The notes under the pieces are model-generated. The model ran no database searches, was not told the DNA's origin, and worked only from the letters and a program-made list of their open reading frames with translations. From an uncultured Spirochaetales bacterium (GTDB lineage: Bacteria > Myxococcota_A > UBA9160 > SMWR01), in contig CAYTJA010000187.1 of assembly GCA_964437835.1 (NCBI GenBank), forward strand, positions 1 through 62,880: a DNA stretch of 62,880 bases. Direction: 5' to 3'. This document shows positions 52,091 through 61,021 of the stretch, piece by piece. The position numbers were made by a program, and so were the translations under genes. Position 1 is the first letter of the stretch, and the number at the start of each line of letters is the position of its first letter.

Positions 52091-53038
52091 GTGCCGAAGC
52101 AGAGCGAGGCCGAGTTCCGCGAGCTGCTCGCGAAGCTCACGAACCGCGGCCGCTGGGGCGCGGACGACGAGCGCGGCGCGCTGAACCACATCAGCGACGC
52201 GAAGCGGCGCTCGGCCGCGGCCTGCGTGCGCCGCGGCCGCAGCTTCTCGCTCGCGATCCCGATGTTGAACGGCGCGGGGCCGCAGCAGGGTGGCGGTGGA
52301 CGCGTGAACCCGTTGCACTTCATGACCGCGACCGGCTGCGATCCGGTCGCGCGCATCGACCTCGGCATGAATACGCGCTTCACGGACGACTTCCTGGCCT
52401 TCACGGTCCAGGGCGGCACCCAGTGGGACGCGCTCTGCCACATCTACTACGACGACACTCTCTACAACGGCGCGCCCGCGAGCGAGGTCAGCTCGGCCGG
52501 CGCCGCGCGCATGGGCATCGACAAGGTCCACCGCGACTTCGTCTCGCGCGGCGTGCTGCTCGACGTCGCGCGCGCGAAGGGCGCCCTTTGCCTCGAGCCG
52601 GCCTATGCGATCACGACGCAGGACCTGCTCGACACCGAGAAGCGGCAAGGGATCACGCTCGGCGAGGGAGACATCCTGCTGCTGCGGACCGGCCAGATGA
52701 CGAAGGTGAAGCACGGCTTCCGCGACTGGTCGGCCTTCCACGGCCGCGAGCCCGGCCTGCACTGGGAGACCGCCGAGTGGCTTCACGAGCGGCGCATCGC
52801 CGCGGTCGCCGCGGACAACTCGATGGTCGAGGCGAGCGGGGTCCTGCCGGGGATCTGGGTCCCCTTCCACATGCTCGCGCTCTGCAACCTGGGCATTCAC
52901 CTCGGGGAGTTCTGGCAGCTCGAGGAGCTCGCCGACGACTGCGCAAAGGACGGCGTCTACGAGTGCCTGCTGGTCGCGCAGGCGCTGCCGATCGAAGGCG
53001 GCACCGGCTCGCCGGTCAATCCGATCGCGTTGAAATAG
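52091..53038 (+). CDS. Cyclase / kynurenine formamidase family hydrolase
   Basis: RWGADDERGALN, GTQWDALCH, RGVLLDV, GDILLLRTG, AADN, HLGEFW, GGTGSPVNP. Confidence 0.88.
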   Translation: MPKQSEAEFRELLAKLTNRGRWGADDERGALNHISDAKRRSAAACVRRGRSFSLAIPMLNGAGPQQGGGGRVNPLHFMTATGCDPVARIDLGMNTRFTDDFLAFTVQGGTQWDALCHIYYDDTLYNGAPASEVSSAGAARMGIDKVHRDFVSRGVLLDVARAKGALCLEPAYAITTQDLLDTEKRQGITLGEGDILLLRTGQMTKVKHGFRDWSAFHGREPGLHWETAEWLHERRIAAVAADNSMVEASGVLPGIWVPFHMLALCNLGIHLGEFWQLEELADDCAKDGVYECLLVAQALPIEGGTGSPVNPIALK

Positions 53039-53055
53039 CGGGGACGTTGTTGCCT

Positions 53056-53084
53056 CTTGCCTTTTCGGCGGCCGAAAAGGCAAG
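53056..53084. terminator. Hairpin between convergent cyclase and SDR genes
   Basis: cttgccttttcggc-g-gccgaaaaggcaag perfect inverted repeat 17 nt after the stop. Confidence 0.7.
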
Positions 53085-53168
53085 CCGAAGACTTGCCGTG
53101 CGGGCAGGCCGGCTGCGCCGGCCGATCACCCGCAAGGCCAGCAATAGGCAACCACGTCCCCTCTTGGC

Positions 53169-54077
53169 TCAACTGCTGTACGGGATGTCCAGCGGATAGG
53201 GCTGAAACTTCCCGAGCGCCTGCACGAGCTCGTCGAGCGCCCAGCTGCCCTGCTTCGTCGTCTTCTGCGTCAGCGTGAGCGGCTGGAAGAGCCCGATCTC
53301 GCCCTTCGCGACGAAGAAGATCTGGCCGTTGATGCCGCCCGCCTCTTCGCTGCAGAGGCTCGCGATCAACACGCCGACGTCCTCGGGCTTCTGCGCGGCC
53401 TTGAGCAGGTTCTCGGCGCGCAGCGCCGCCTCTCCGCCCTGCTTGCGGCCCATCTCGACCGCGTTCGTGACCATGCGCGTCTCGGTCGAGGACGGGTTCA
53501 CCGCGTTGACTGTGATGCCGAAGGGCGCGAGGTCGCGGGAGACGACGTTCGTGATCCCGAAGACGCCGCCCTTGCCCGCACCGTAGGCCACGTTGCCGGG
53601 CACGCCGATGATCCCCGCGCGCGAGACGAGGTTCACGATCCGGCCCCAGCGCTTCTGCTTCATGTACGGCACCGCGTGCCGCGTGCAGTAGAAGGTGCCC
53701 TTCACGTGGCTGTCGCAGACGCGGTCGAAGAGCTCCGCATCGAGCTCCCAGATCGGGCGCCCCGCGGAGAGCCCCGCGTTGTTGACGAGGATGTCGACGC
53801 CGCCGAAGGAATCGACCGCGGTCTGGATGATGCGCTCTGCGCCCGCCCACTCCGCGACGGAGTCGCGATTCGCGACCGCGCGGCCACCCGACTCGCGGAT
53901 CTCGCGCGCCACCTGCTCGGCCGGTGCGGAGTCCTCGCCGCGGCCGTCGAGCGCCGCGCCGAGATCGTTCACGACGACGGAGGCCCCCATGCCGGAGAGC
54001 AGAATCGCGGTCGCGCGGCCGATGCCGCGCCCCGCGCCGGTCACGATCGCAGTCTTGCCCGAGAGGCTCGCAGTCAT
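53169..54077 (-). CDS. Short-chain dehydrogenase/reductase
   Basis: TGAGRGIG, VVVNDLG, NNAG, YGAGK (YxxxK). Confidence 0.93.
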   Translation of the reverse strand: MTASLSGKTAIVTGAGRGIGRATAILLSGMGASVVVNDLGAALDGRGEDSAPAEQVAREIRESGGRAVANRDSVAEWAGAERIIQTAVDSFGGVDILVNNAGLSAGRPIWELDAELFDRVCDSHVKGTFYCTRHAVPYMKQKRWGRIVNLVSRAGIIGVPGNVAYGAGKGGVFGITNVVSRDLAPFGITVNAVNPSSTETRMVTNAVEMGRKQGGEAALRAENLLKAAQKPEDVGVLIASLCSEEAGGINGQIFFVAKGEIGLFQPLTLTQKTTKQGSWALDELVQALGKFQPYPLDIPYSS

Positions 54078-54188
54078 CGCAGCTCCTCCACGCGCGCGCG
54101 CCGCCGCGCGGCGCCGCGCATTCTATCAGCCGCCCGCAGGCGCGGGCCCCGCGATCTTCGCTTTCCCATGAGCGCTCCGAGAACGGGG

Positions 54189-54617
54189 CTAATCGACCTT
54201 GGGAACCCAGGGGGACGAGACCTGCTCGGGAATGATTCGCACCACGACGCGTTCGGCGCTCGGCGGATCGAGCTCGTAATGGGGCTTGTCCATGTAGAGC
54301 TGGGCGATGCGGTCGATGTAGCGCCGGCCGACGTCGTCCCGCAGCTCCGCGCGTCCGCGGATCTCGACATAGCGCGAGATGTCTGCCGGATCGAGGACGC
54401 AGATCGCGATGCGCGGATCGCGGCGCAGATTCTCGTACTTCTGGCGGTCCTTCGTGGTGCTGACCCAGAGCTCGTCGCCGTCGAGCACGACCGCGACCGG
54501 ATTCACCGACAGCTGGCCGTCTGGACGCACCGTGCACAGGTGCCCGAGCGGGCGGCCTTTTCCGTCGAGCAGGTCGCGGACTCGTTCGGGAATCTTCACT
54601 TCCCTGGCCTGCGGCAT
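54189..54617 (-). CDS. PPOX-class (split-barrel) putative F420-dependent oxidoreductase
   Basis: LCTVRPDGQLSVNPV, STTKDRQKYENLRRDPRIA, YVEIRGRAE, RVVVRIIPE. Confidence 0.85.
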   Translation of the reverse strand: MPQAREVKIPERVRDLLDGKGRPLGHLCTVRPDGQLSVNPVAVVLDGDELWVSTTKDRQKYENLRRDPRIAICVLDPADISRYVEIRGRAELRDDVGRRYIDRIAQLYMDKPHYELDPPSAERVVVRIIPEQVSSPWVPKVD

Positions 54618-54734
54618 CTCGGATCCTCCCGGCCGCGCATTCTCCCGGAATCCGCTCCGAAGCGGAAGGGCCCGTTTCCCGACTCTTCGCTCTGCGCCGC
54701 TGGTAGGATGGGCGCACTCTTCCAGGGGGCGGGG

Positions 54735-55805
54735 ATGCGGCGCTGGCGCGTGGTGCAGTGGGCAACGGGCGGCGCGGGCAGCCTCGCACTGCGGGCGCTG
54801 ATCGACCGACCCGAATTCGAGCTGATCGGCGTGCTCGTCCACTCGCCCGCGAAGCAGGGCGTCGACGCGGGCGAGCTGGCCGGCCTGGGCCTTCCTACGG
54901 GCATCCGCGCGACGCGCGACGCGAAGGCGCTGCTCGCGCTCGAACCCGATTGCGTCTCCTACATGGCGCACGGCGAGACACGCGCACGCGCGTGCATCGA
55001 CGACTACTGCATGGTCCTCGACTCCGGCGCGAACGTCGTCACGACTTCCGTCCCGGGCCTGATCTACGCTCCAGCCTTCGATGTGCGTGCGCGCGAGCGC
55101 CTCGAGCGCGCGTGCCAGAGCGGCGGCAGCTCGCTGTTCTGCTCGGGCATCGAGCCGGGATTCGCGGGCGATTTGCTGCCGCTCACGCTGGCCACGATGT
55201 CGCACGAGATCGAGAGCATCCGCACGCAGGAGCTCTTCAGCTACGCCGACTATCCGGTCGCGACGACGCTCTTCGAGGTCTTCGGCTTCGGCAAGCCGCT
55301 GGGCTTCGAGCCGCCCCTTTCGCAGCCGGGCGTGATCCGCTCGGCCTGGGGCCCGCCGCTGCAGCTGCTCGCCGCCGGCCTCGGCTTCGAGCTCGAGGCG
55401 ATCCGCGAGAGCTTCGCAGTCGCGCCTGCGGAGCGGGCGATCGAGGTGGCGGCCGGCCGCATCGAGGCGGGCACGATCGGCGCGCTGCGCTTCGAGGCAA
55501 TCGGCGTGGTCGGCGGCCGCGATGTACTCGTGATCGAGCACGTGAATCGGATGCACGCGAGTGTCGCGCCGCAGTGGCCCAGGGCCTCGCGCGACGGCGT
55601 CTATCGCGTGATCATCGAGGGCCGCCCGCGCCTCAGCTGCGAGCTCGCGGTCGGCAACCCGGAGGACTTCTCGCTGCAGGGCATGCTGGCGACCGCGATG
55701 CGCGCCGTGAACGCGATCCCCTACGTCTGCGAAGCCGCGCCGGGTCTCTTGTCCGCGCTCGAGCTTCCGATCACCGCGCCGCAGAGCGCGCTGCACCGTG
55801 CCTGA
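54735..55805 (+). CDS. DapB-like/2,4-diaminopentanoate dehydrogenase-family oxidoreductase
   Basis: VVQWATGGAG, KQGVDAGELAG, GANVVT, GIEPGF, ATAMRAVNAIPYVC. Confidence 0.82.
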   Translation: MRRWRVVQWATGGAGSLALRALIDRPEFELIGVLVHSPAKQGVDAGELAGLGLPTGIRATRDAKALLALEPDCVSYMAHGETRARACIDDYCMVLDSGANVVTTSVPGLIYAPAFDVRARERLERACQSGGSSLFCSGIEPGFAGDLLPLTLATMSHEIESIRTQELFSYADYPVATTLFEVFGFGKPLGFEPPLSQPGVIRSAWGPPLQLLAAGLGFELEAIRESFAVAPAERAIEVAAGRIEAGTIGALRFEAIGVVGGRDVLVIEHVNRMHASVAPQWPRASRDGVYRVIIEGRPRLSCELAVGNPEDFSLQGMLATAMRAVNAIPYVCEAAPGLLSALELPITAPQSALHRA

Positions 55806-55832
55806 GCGGCGCGCAGAACCAGGAGTTCCGAA

Positions 55833-57053
55833 GTGACTGCAGCGACAGCTCTTCCCCTCGAAGGCGTCAAGGTCGTGGAGTTGGCCGAGCACGGCTTCGT
55901 GCCGGCCGCCGCGGCCGCGCTCGCGGACTGGGGCGCGAACGTCGTCAAGCTCGAGAAGCCGAGCGGCGACGCGCTGCGCAAGGTGATGAGCCAGGGCTTG
56001 ATCGAGGCGACCGACCGCTTCAACTTCGTCGTCGAGATCGCGAACCGCAACAAGCGCAACCTCTGCCTCGACCTCGCGGTGCCCGAGGGACGCGCGCTCC
56101 TCGACCGATTGATCGGCTGGGCCGACGTCTTCATCACCAACCAGTTGCCCAAGGTGCTGCGCAAGTTCCGGATCGAGGCCGAGGACCTGTTCCGCGTGAA
56201 TCCACGCCTCGTCTACGCGCGCGGGCACGGCCAGGGCCAGAAGGGGCCCGACTCCGAGGCCGGTGGCTTCGACGGCGTTTCGTTCTTCGCGCGCTCCGGC
56301 CTCGCGCACATGCTGACCCCGACCGGCGCGCCGAACATCGTCGGCTCGCGGCCCGCACTCGGCGACTTTCCGACCGGCGTGCAGCTCGCCGGGGGCATCG
56401 CCGCGGCGCTGGTCAAGTCGCTGCGCACGGGCGTCGGCGTGAAGGTCGACGTGTCGCTGCTCGCGGGCGGCATCTGGCAGATCGGTCCGGACCTCGCCTA
56501 CACCTCGTACATGCACCACGAGCCGAAGAGGCTGCGCCAGAACGGGCCCGTCGCGACCCCGCTCGTCGCGACCCACAAGAGCAGCGACGGACGCTTCCTG
56601 TCCTTCTCGATGCTCCAGGAGGAGCGCTATTGGCCGCGCGTCTGCAAGGCGCTCGGCCTCGAAGCCTGGCTCTCCGACCCCGACTACGCGACTGCCGAAC
56701 TTCGCGCGCAGCGCGGGCAGGAGATCCACGCCGAGTTCGGCCGCCGCATCGCGAGCCAGCCGCTCGCGCACTGGAAACAGCGCCTATCCGAGTGCGAGTG
56801 CATCTTCGCGAGCTATGCGAGCCCGGTCGAGGTACTCGAAGACCCGCAAGTCCTGGCGAACGGCTATCTGCCTGCACACCCGACGATCCCGGGCGCACGC
56901 CTGCCGGCGACGCCGCAGCAGTTCGACGACCAGCCGGTGCGCATCCGCCGCGGCGCGCCGGACTGCGGCGAGCACACGGACGAGGTGCTGCGCGAGGTCG
57001 GGCTCGGGCTCGAGGAGATCGCGGCGCTGCGCAAGGTGGCCGCGATCCGCTGA
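55833..57053 (+). CDS. CoA transferase family III (CaiB/BaiF)
   Basis: PLEGVKVVELA, LADWGANVVKLE, NRNKRNL, ADVFITN, LGDFPTG catalytic Asp, GEHTDEVL. Confidence 0.92.
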   Translation: MTAATALPLEGVKVVELAEHGFVPAAAAALADWGANVVKLEKPSGDALRKVMSQGLIEATDRFNFVVEIANRNKRNLCLDLAVPEGRALLDRLIGWADVFITNQLPKVLRKFRIEAEDLFRVNPRLVYARGHGQGQKGPDSEAGGFDGVSFFARSGLAHMLTPTGAPNIVGSRPALGDFPTGVQLAGGIAAALVKSLRTGVGVKVDVSLLAGGIWQIGPDLAYTSYMHHEPKRLRQNGPVATPLVATHKSSDGRFLSFSMLQEERYWPRVCKALGLEAWLSDPDYATAELRAQRGQEIHAEFGRRIASQPLAHWKQRLSECECIFASYASPVEVLEDPQVLANGYLPAHPTIPGARLPATPQQFDDQPVRIRRGAPDCGEHTDEVLREVGLGLEEIAALRKVAAIR

Positions 57054-57062
57054 GCGCTGCGC

Positions 57063-57452
57063 TCAGCGCGCTCGGCGGTTCGCGAGCTCGAGCCCTTCTT
57101 CGAGCACCGCGCGAACGATCCGGCGCCCTTCCTGTCGCAGGCGCTCCCACTCCGACTCGCTGTGGCTGATCACGTCGCAGGCGATGCCGAGCCCCTCGAA
57201 GGCGCGCCTGAGCCGCTCGGTCCGCGCGAGAAAGGGCGCGGCGCCATCGCGCAGCAACACCCAGACATCCGCGTCGCTTCCCGGCGCGGCGCCGCCCTGC
57301 GCAAGCGACCCGAAGAGCCGGACCTCCAGCACTTCGGGATCGGAGCGCAGCAGCTCGCGCGCCCGTTCCGCGAGCGCGGCGCGGAGACGCTCGCGGTCGA
57401 GCCGGAACACGCGCACCTGGCTACCGCGATAGAATTCCTCGACAGAACGCAA
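57063..57452 (-). CDS. Minimal nucleotidyltransferase (MNT)
   Basis: LFGSLAQG-x4-SDADV motif and third Asp (CDV). Start uncertain (TTG at 57452 or GTG at 57416). Confidence 0.85.
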   Translation of the reverse strand: MRSVEEFYRGSQVRVFRLDRERLRAALAERARELLRSDPEVLEVRLFGSLAQGGAAPGSDADVWVLLRDGAAPFLARTERLRRAFEGLGIACDVISHSESEWERLRQEGRRIVRAVLEEGLELANRRAR

Positions 57453-57816
57453 GCACGACCTCGCTGTCCGCCAGCGCTCGCTCTGCTTCGCTAGGCGTAT
57501 AGTAGTCTGCGGGCGCGCCGGCCGGAATGCCATTCGGGTAGCGCGTCGGGATATACAGCTTGTCGAGGGCCCGCGCGCGATCCAGCAGCTCCGGCCCGAT
57601 CTCCGGAGCCTGCGGCCGCAGCGCGTCCAGCAGCTCCGTGACCGAATGCCCCCAGGCCTCGTTCCCGAGCCGCTCGTGAGCCGCCTTGGCGGCCTTTTCG
57701 GCCGCCTGTTGCGCGGCGAAGCAGGCCCACTCGTGATGCCCGCCGCGGTGGGCGAGCCGCGCGAGCGCGATATCCGCCTCGGCCTGTCGCATCCAATCCG
57801 CCGCACGAGCCGCCAT
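57421..57816 (-). CDS. HEPN domain protein (MNT partner)
   Basis: W..QAE.D, ACFAAQQAAEKAAKA, GHS, LDKLYIPTRYP. Confidence 0.9.
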   Translation of the reverse strand: MAARAADWMRQAEADIALARLAHRGGHHEWACFAAQQAAEKAAKAAHERLGNEAWGHSVTELLDALRPQAPEIGPELLDRARALDKLYIPTRYPNGIPAGAPADYYTPSEAERALADSEVVLAFCRGILSR

Positions 57817-58234
57817 GGGCGGGATCCTACCCCACGCTGGGCGCTGCGAGGCACGCCGTGCGTTCCCAGAGAGCAGCTTTCGAATCCATTGCGCTCGTGT
57901 GCGACGCGGCCGGCGTCGCGCCAGGTGTTTTCCCCGGCGCGCTGCTGCGCCCGCTCATGCGACCACCCCCCTCGCCGCGCACCCTCCCGTCCCGGAGCAG
58001 AACTTCGCACTTGCACGCTGATAGGTCTTGCTGGCGGCACCAAGGTGGGCCGCACTCGAGTTTTCGCCACGCTGGTCGCGACGATCGACGTCGACCCCGT
58101 GACGCAGGCGCTGGGGCTCCACGGCCGCGATCCTCCCGGCGGCGCTCGGTGCAGGGCGGATGGACTGCGAGCGCGTCTGTGCCGCCCTCTGCGCTTACCT
58201 GCTCGTGGGGGTCGCCTGCGGCGAGGTTGCGGTT

Positions 58235-58256
58235 TATATTCGGATTTTCGAATATA
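58235..58256. promoter_or_regulatory. Candidate ArsR operator
   Basis: TATATTCG-gatttt-CGAATATA perfect AT-rich inverted repeat just upstream of arsR. Confidence 0.7.
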
Positions 58257-58263
58257 GGTGCCG

Positions 58264-58656
58264 ATGTACCTCGACCGCGTCGACGAGCTCTTCCGCGCAT
58301 TCTCGGACCGGACCCGGCTCCGGATCTTGAACGTTCTGCGCGACGGCGAGCTCTGCGTGGGCGACCTCGTCGAGATCCTCGGCGTTCCTCAGCCGACGGC
58401 TTCCCGACACCTCGCTCAGCTCCGTGTGGCCGGACTCGTGCGCACGCGGCGACAGGGTCTGTGGTGCTTCTACACCTTGGCGAAACCTGAAGGGCGCTTT
58501 CACGCGCGACTGATCGGTTGCCTCGCCTCGTGCTTCGAAGAAGTGCCCGAACTCGCGGCAGACCTGACGACGGCGAAGGAGCTGCGACTGCACGGCGGCT
58601 GTTGTCCGGAAATCGCGCCGAAGGCTCCGTCAGGCGGCGCTCGGAGGTGCGGATGA
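58264..58656 (+). CDS. arsR: ArsR/SmtB family repressor
   Basis: FRAFSDRTRLRIL, ELCVGDL, QPTASRHLAQLR..GLV; C-terminal CC. Confidence 0.9.
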   Translation: MYLDRVDELFRAFSDRTRLRILNVLRDGELCVGDLVEILGVPQPTASRHLAQLRVAGLVRTRRQGLWCFYTLAKPEGRFHARLIGCLASCFEEVPELAADLTTAKELRLHGGCCPEIAPKAPSGGARRCG

Positions 58657-59675
58657 CACGAGTCGGGATCAATGGCTTTGGTCGGATGGGGAGGCTCGCG
58701 CTGCGCGCAGCGTTCGACTCGGACGAGCTCGAGTTCGTGGCCGTAAACGAGCCGCACGGCGACACGCAGACGCTCGGCCTCTTGCTCGAGTTCGACAGCG
58801 TGCAGAGGCGCTGGAATCGCTCGTGCAGCGGTCAGAAGGATGTCCTGCGCGTCGGCGAGCGAGAGATCCGACGGACCGGGTACTGCTCGCCCGGCGAGAT
58901 CCCATGGGACGCCCTCGGCGTCGAGCTGGTGCTCGAGTGCAGCGGCCTGTTCCGGACGACGCCGCTCCTCGAGCCGCACTTCGCGCGTGGCGCGAAGCGC
59001 GTCATCGTCTCCGCGCCCGTGAAAGACGGTCCCCCGAACATCGTCGTCGGCGTGAACCACGACCGCTACGAGCTTGCCACCGAACGGATCGTCACGGCGG
59101 CCTCCTGCACGACGAACTGCCTCGCACCCGTGGTCCGAGTTCTCCACGACGCGATCGGGATCGAGCGCGGCCTGATCACGACCATCCACGACCCGACCAA
59201 TACGCAGCGAGTGCACGACGCACCGCACTCCGATCCGCGGCGAGCGCGCGCGTCGCAGCTGAACCTGATCCCGACCTCCACGAATTCGGCGACCGCCGTC
59301 ACGTTGATCATCCCAGAGCTCGTGGGCAAGCTCGACTCGATCGCGATCCGAGCGCCGGTCCTGAATGCGTCGATTACGGACGCCGTGTTCCAGGTGGCGC
59401 GCGCAACGAGCATCGAGGAGGTGAACTCTCTCTTCGAACAGGCCGCTAGCAAGGCGCCGCTTGCGGGCATCCTTGGGATCGAGCACCGGCCGCTCGTGAG
59501 CACGGACTACGCGGGCGATCCGCGCAGCGCGATCGTCGACGCGCTCTCGTCGCGCGTCACTGACGGCACCCTCGTCAAGGTGATCGCCTGGTACGACAAC
59601 GAGTGGGGCTACGCGAACCGCCTCGTCGAGCTCGCTGCGATGGTCTCTCGCGCCTGGAAGCGCGGCCGTGGGTAA
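58653..59675 (+). CDS. ArsJ-associated glyceraldehyde-3-phosphate dehydrogenase
   Basis: GINGFGRMGR, TAASCTTNCLAP, TTIHDPTNTQ, WYDNEWGYANR; lies between arsR and arsJ. Confidence 0.93.
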   Translation: MTRVGINGFGRMGRLALRAAFDSDELEFVAVNEPHGDTQTLGLLLEFDSVQRRWNRSCSGQKDVLRVGEREIRRTGYCSPGEIPWDALGVELVLECSGLFRTTPLLEPHFARGAKRVIVSAPVKDGPPNIVVGVNHDRYELATERIVTAASCTTNCLAPVVRVLHDAIGIERGLITTIHDPTNTQRVHDAPHSDPRRARASQLNLIPTSTNSATAVTLIIPELVGKLDSIAIRAPVLNASITDAVFQVARATSIEEVNSLFEQAASKAPLAGILGIEHRPLVSTDYAGDPRSAIVDALSSRVTDGTLVKVIAWYDNEWGYANRLVELAAMVSRAWKRGRG

Positions 59676-60918
59676 CCTGCGCGACTACGCGGTCGTGACG
59701 GGGAGCTACTGGGCCTTCACGATCACGGACGGCGCGCTCCGCATGCTCGTGCTGCTGTTCCTCCACGAGCGAGGTTTCTCGCCGTTCGAGCTCGCGAGCC
59801 TGTTCATCCTCTACGAGTTCGCAGGCATGGTGACGAACCTCGTCGGCGGCTGGCTCGGCTCGCGCTTCGGCCTCAGTACGACGCTCTTCTCCGGGCTCGC
59901 GCTCCAGATCTTGGCCTGCTCGCTGCTCTCGATCGACCCGAGCCTCCTCTCGGTCGCGTACGTGATGACTCTCCAGGGACTCTCGGGTGTCGCGAAGGAT
60001 CTCACCAAGATGAGCTCGAAGAGCTACGTGAAGCTCGTCGTGCCCGAAGGCGACCTGCACGGGCTTCTGCACTGGGTTGCACTCATCACGGGCTCCAAGA
60101 ACGCGCTCAAGGGCGTGGGCTTCTTCGTCGGGGGCTTCCTCCTGTCGACGCTGGGCTTCACCCGAGCCTGCATCGGCATGGCGGCGATGCTCGGCGTCGC
60201 GCTCGCGACGTCTGCGCTGCTCTTGCCGCGCGGTGCGGGTCGTATCGCCGGGAAGGCGAAGTTCCGGTCGGTCTTCTCGGACGACGCGCGCATCAACTGG
60301 CTGGCCGCTTCGCGGCTCTTTCTCTTCGGGTCGCGCGACGTGTGGTTCGCGATCGCGCTGCCGGTGTTTCTCGCTGCGAACCTCGAGTGGTCGTTCGCAT
60401 GGGTCGGCGGCTTCCTCGCGCTCTGGGTGATCGGGTACGGCTTCGTCCAGGCGGCTGCCCCGCGCCTGGTCACGCCGGGTCGCGCGAGCGGCGCGGTTCC
60501 GGTCACGGCCGCGCGCCTCATCGGTTGGACGCTCTCGCTCCTCGTGCCACTCGGCGCAATCGTCGCTGCGCTTCGCACAGGCTCCGCACCCGAGGAAGCG
60601 CTGATCGTCGGGCTAGCGATCTTCGGCGCGCTCTTCGCCGTGAACAGCGCGCTCCACAGCTACCTGATCGTCGCCTACGCTGACAGCGAGAAGATCGCCA
60701 TGCAGGTCGGCTTCTACTACATGGCGAATGCCGCCGGCCGGCTCGCAGGGACCGTCCTCTCAGGTGCAGTCTTTCAGGCGGCGGGCCTCGGTTCATCCGG
60801 TCTCGCGGCGTGCATCGCGACGTCAATGGGATTCGTCGCGCTCTCGGCCGCGCTGTGTCTGCCGCTCGGGCGCGCGGAGCGGCGGCGCGCCCTTCCTTCG
60901 GAGGCACGCACGACATGA
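59668..60918 (+). CDS. arsJ: Organoarsenical efflux MFS transporter ArsJ
   Basis: YWAFTITDGALRMLVL, LYEFAG, GVAKDLTKMSSKS, TGSKNALKG, SRDVWF, VGFYYMANA. Confidence 0.93.
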   Translation: MGNLRDYAVVTGSYWAFTITDGALRMLVLLFLHERGFSPFELASLFILYEFAGMVTNLVGGWLGSRFGLSTTLFSGLALQILACSLLSIDPSLLSVAYVMTLQGLSGVAKDLTKMSSKSYVKLVVPEGDLHGLLHWVALITGSKNALKGVGFFVGGFLLSTLGFTRACIGMAAMLGVALATSALLLPRGAGRIAGKAKFRSVFSDDARINWLAASRLFLFGSRDVWFAIALPVFLAANLEWSFAWVGGFLALWVIGYGFVQAAAPRLVTPGRASGAVPVTAARLIGWTLSLLVPLGAIVAALRTGSAPEEALIVGLAIFGALFAVNSALHSYLIVAYADSEKIAMQVGFYYMANAAGRLAGTVLSGAVFQAAGLGSSGLAACIATSMGFVALSAALCLPLGRAERRRALPSEARTT

Positions 60919-61021
60919 GGCGAGAGGCCGAACGCGAGCCGTATCGTGTTCTACCTCTTGCGTTCGGGGCGTGCTTTCGCCGCTGATCTCGAATCTCTAC
61001 CCGAATTTCATCGGCCTCGGC

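Noticed and set aside
57817-58234. About 420-nt gap between HEPN and arsR as a hidden gene or IS remnant
   Set aside because: No ORF with recognisable motifs and no terminal inverted repeats seen.
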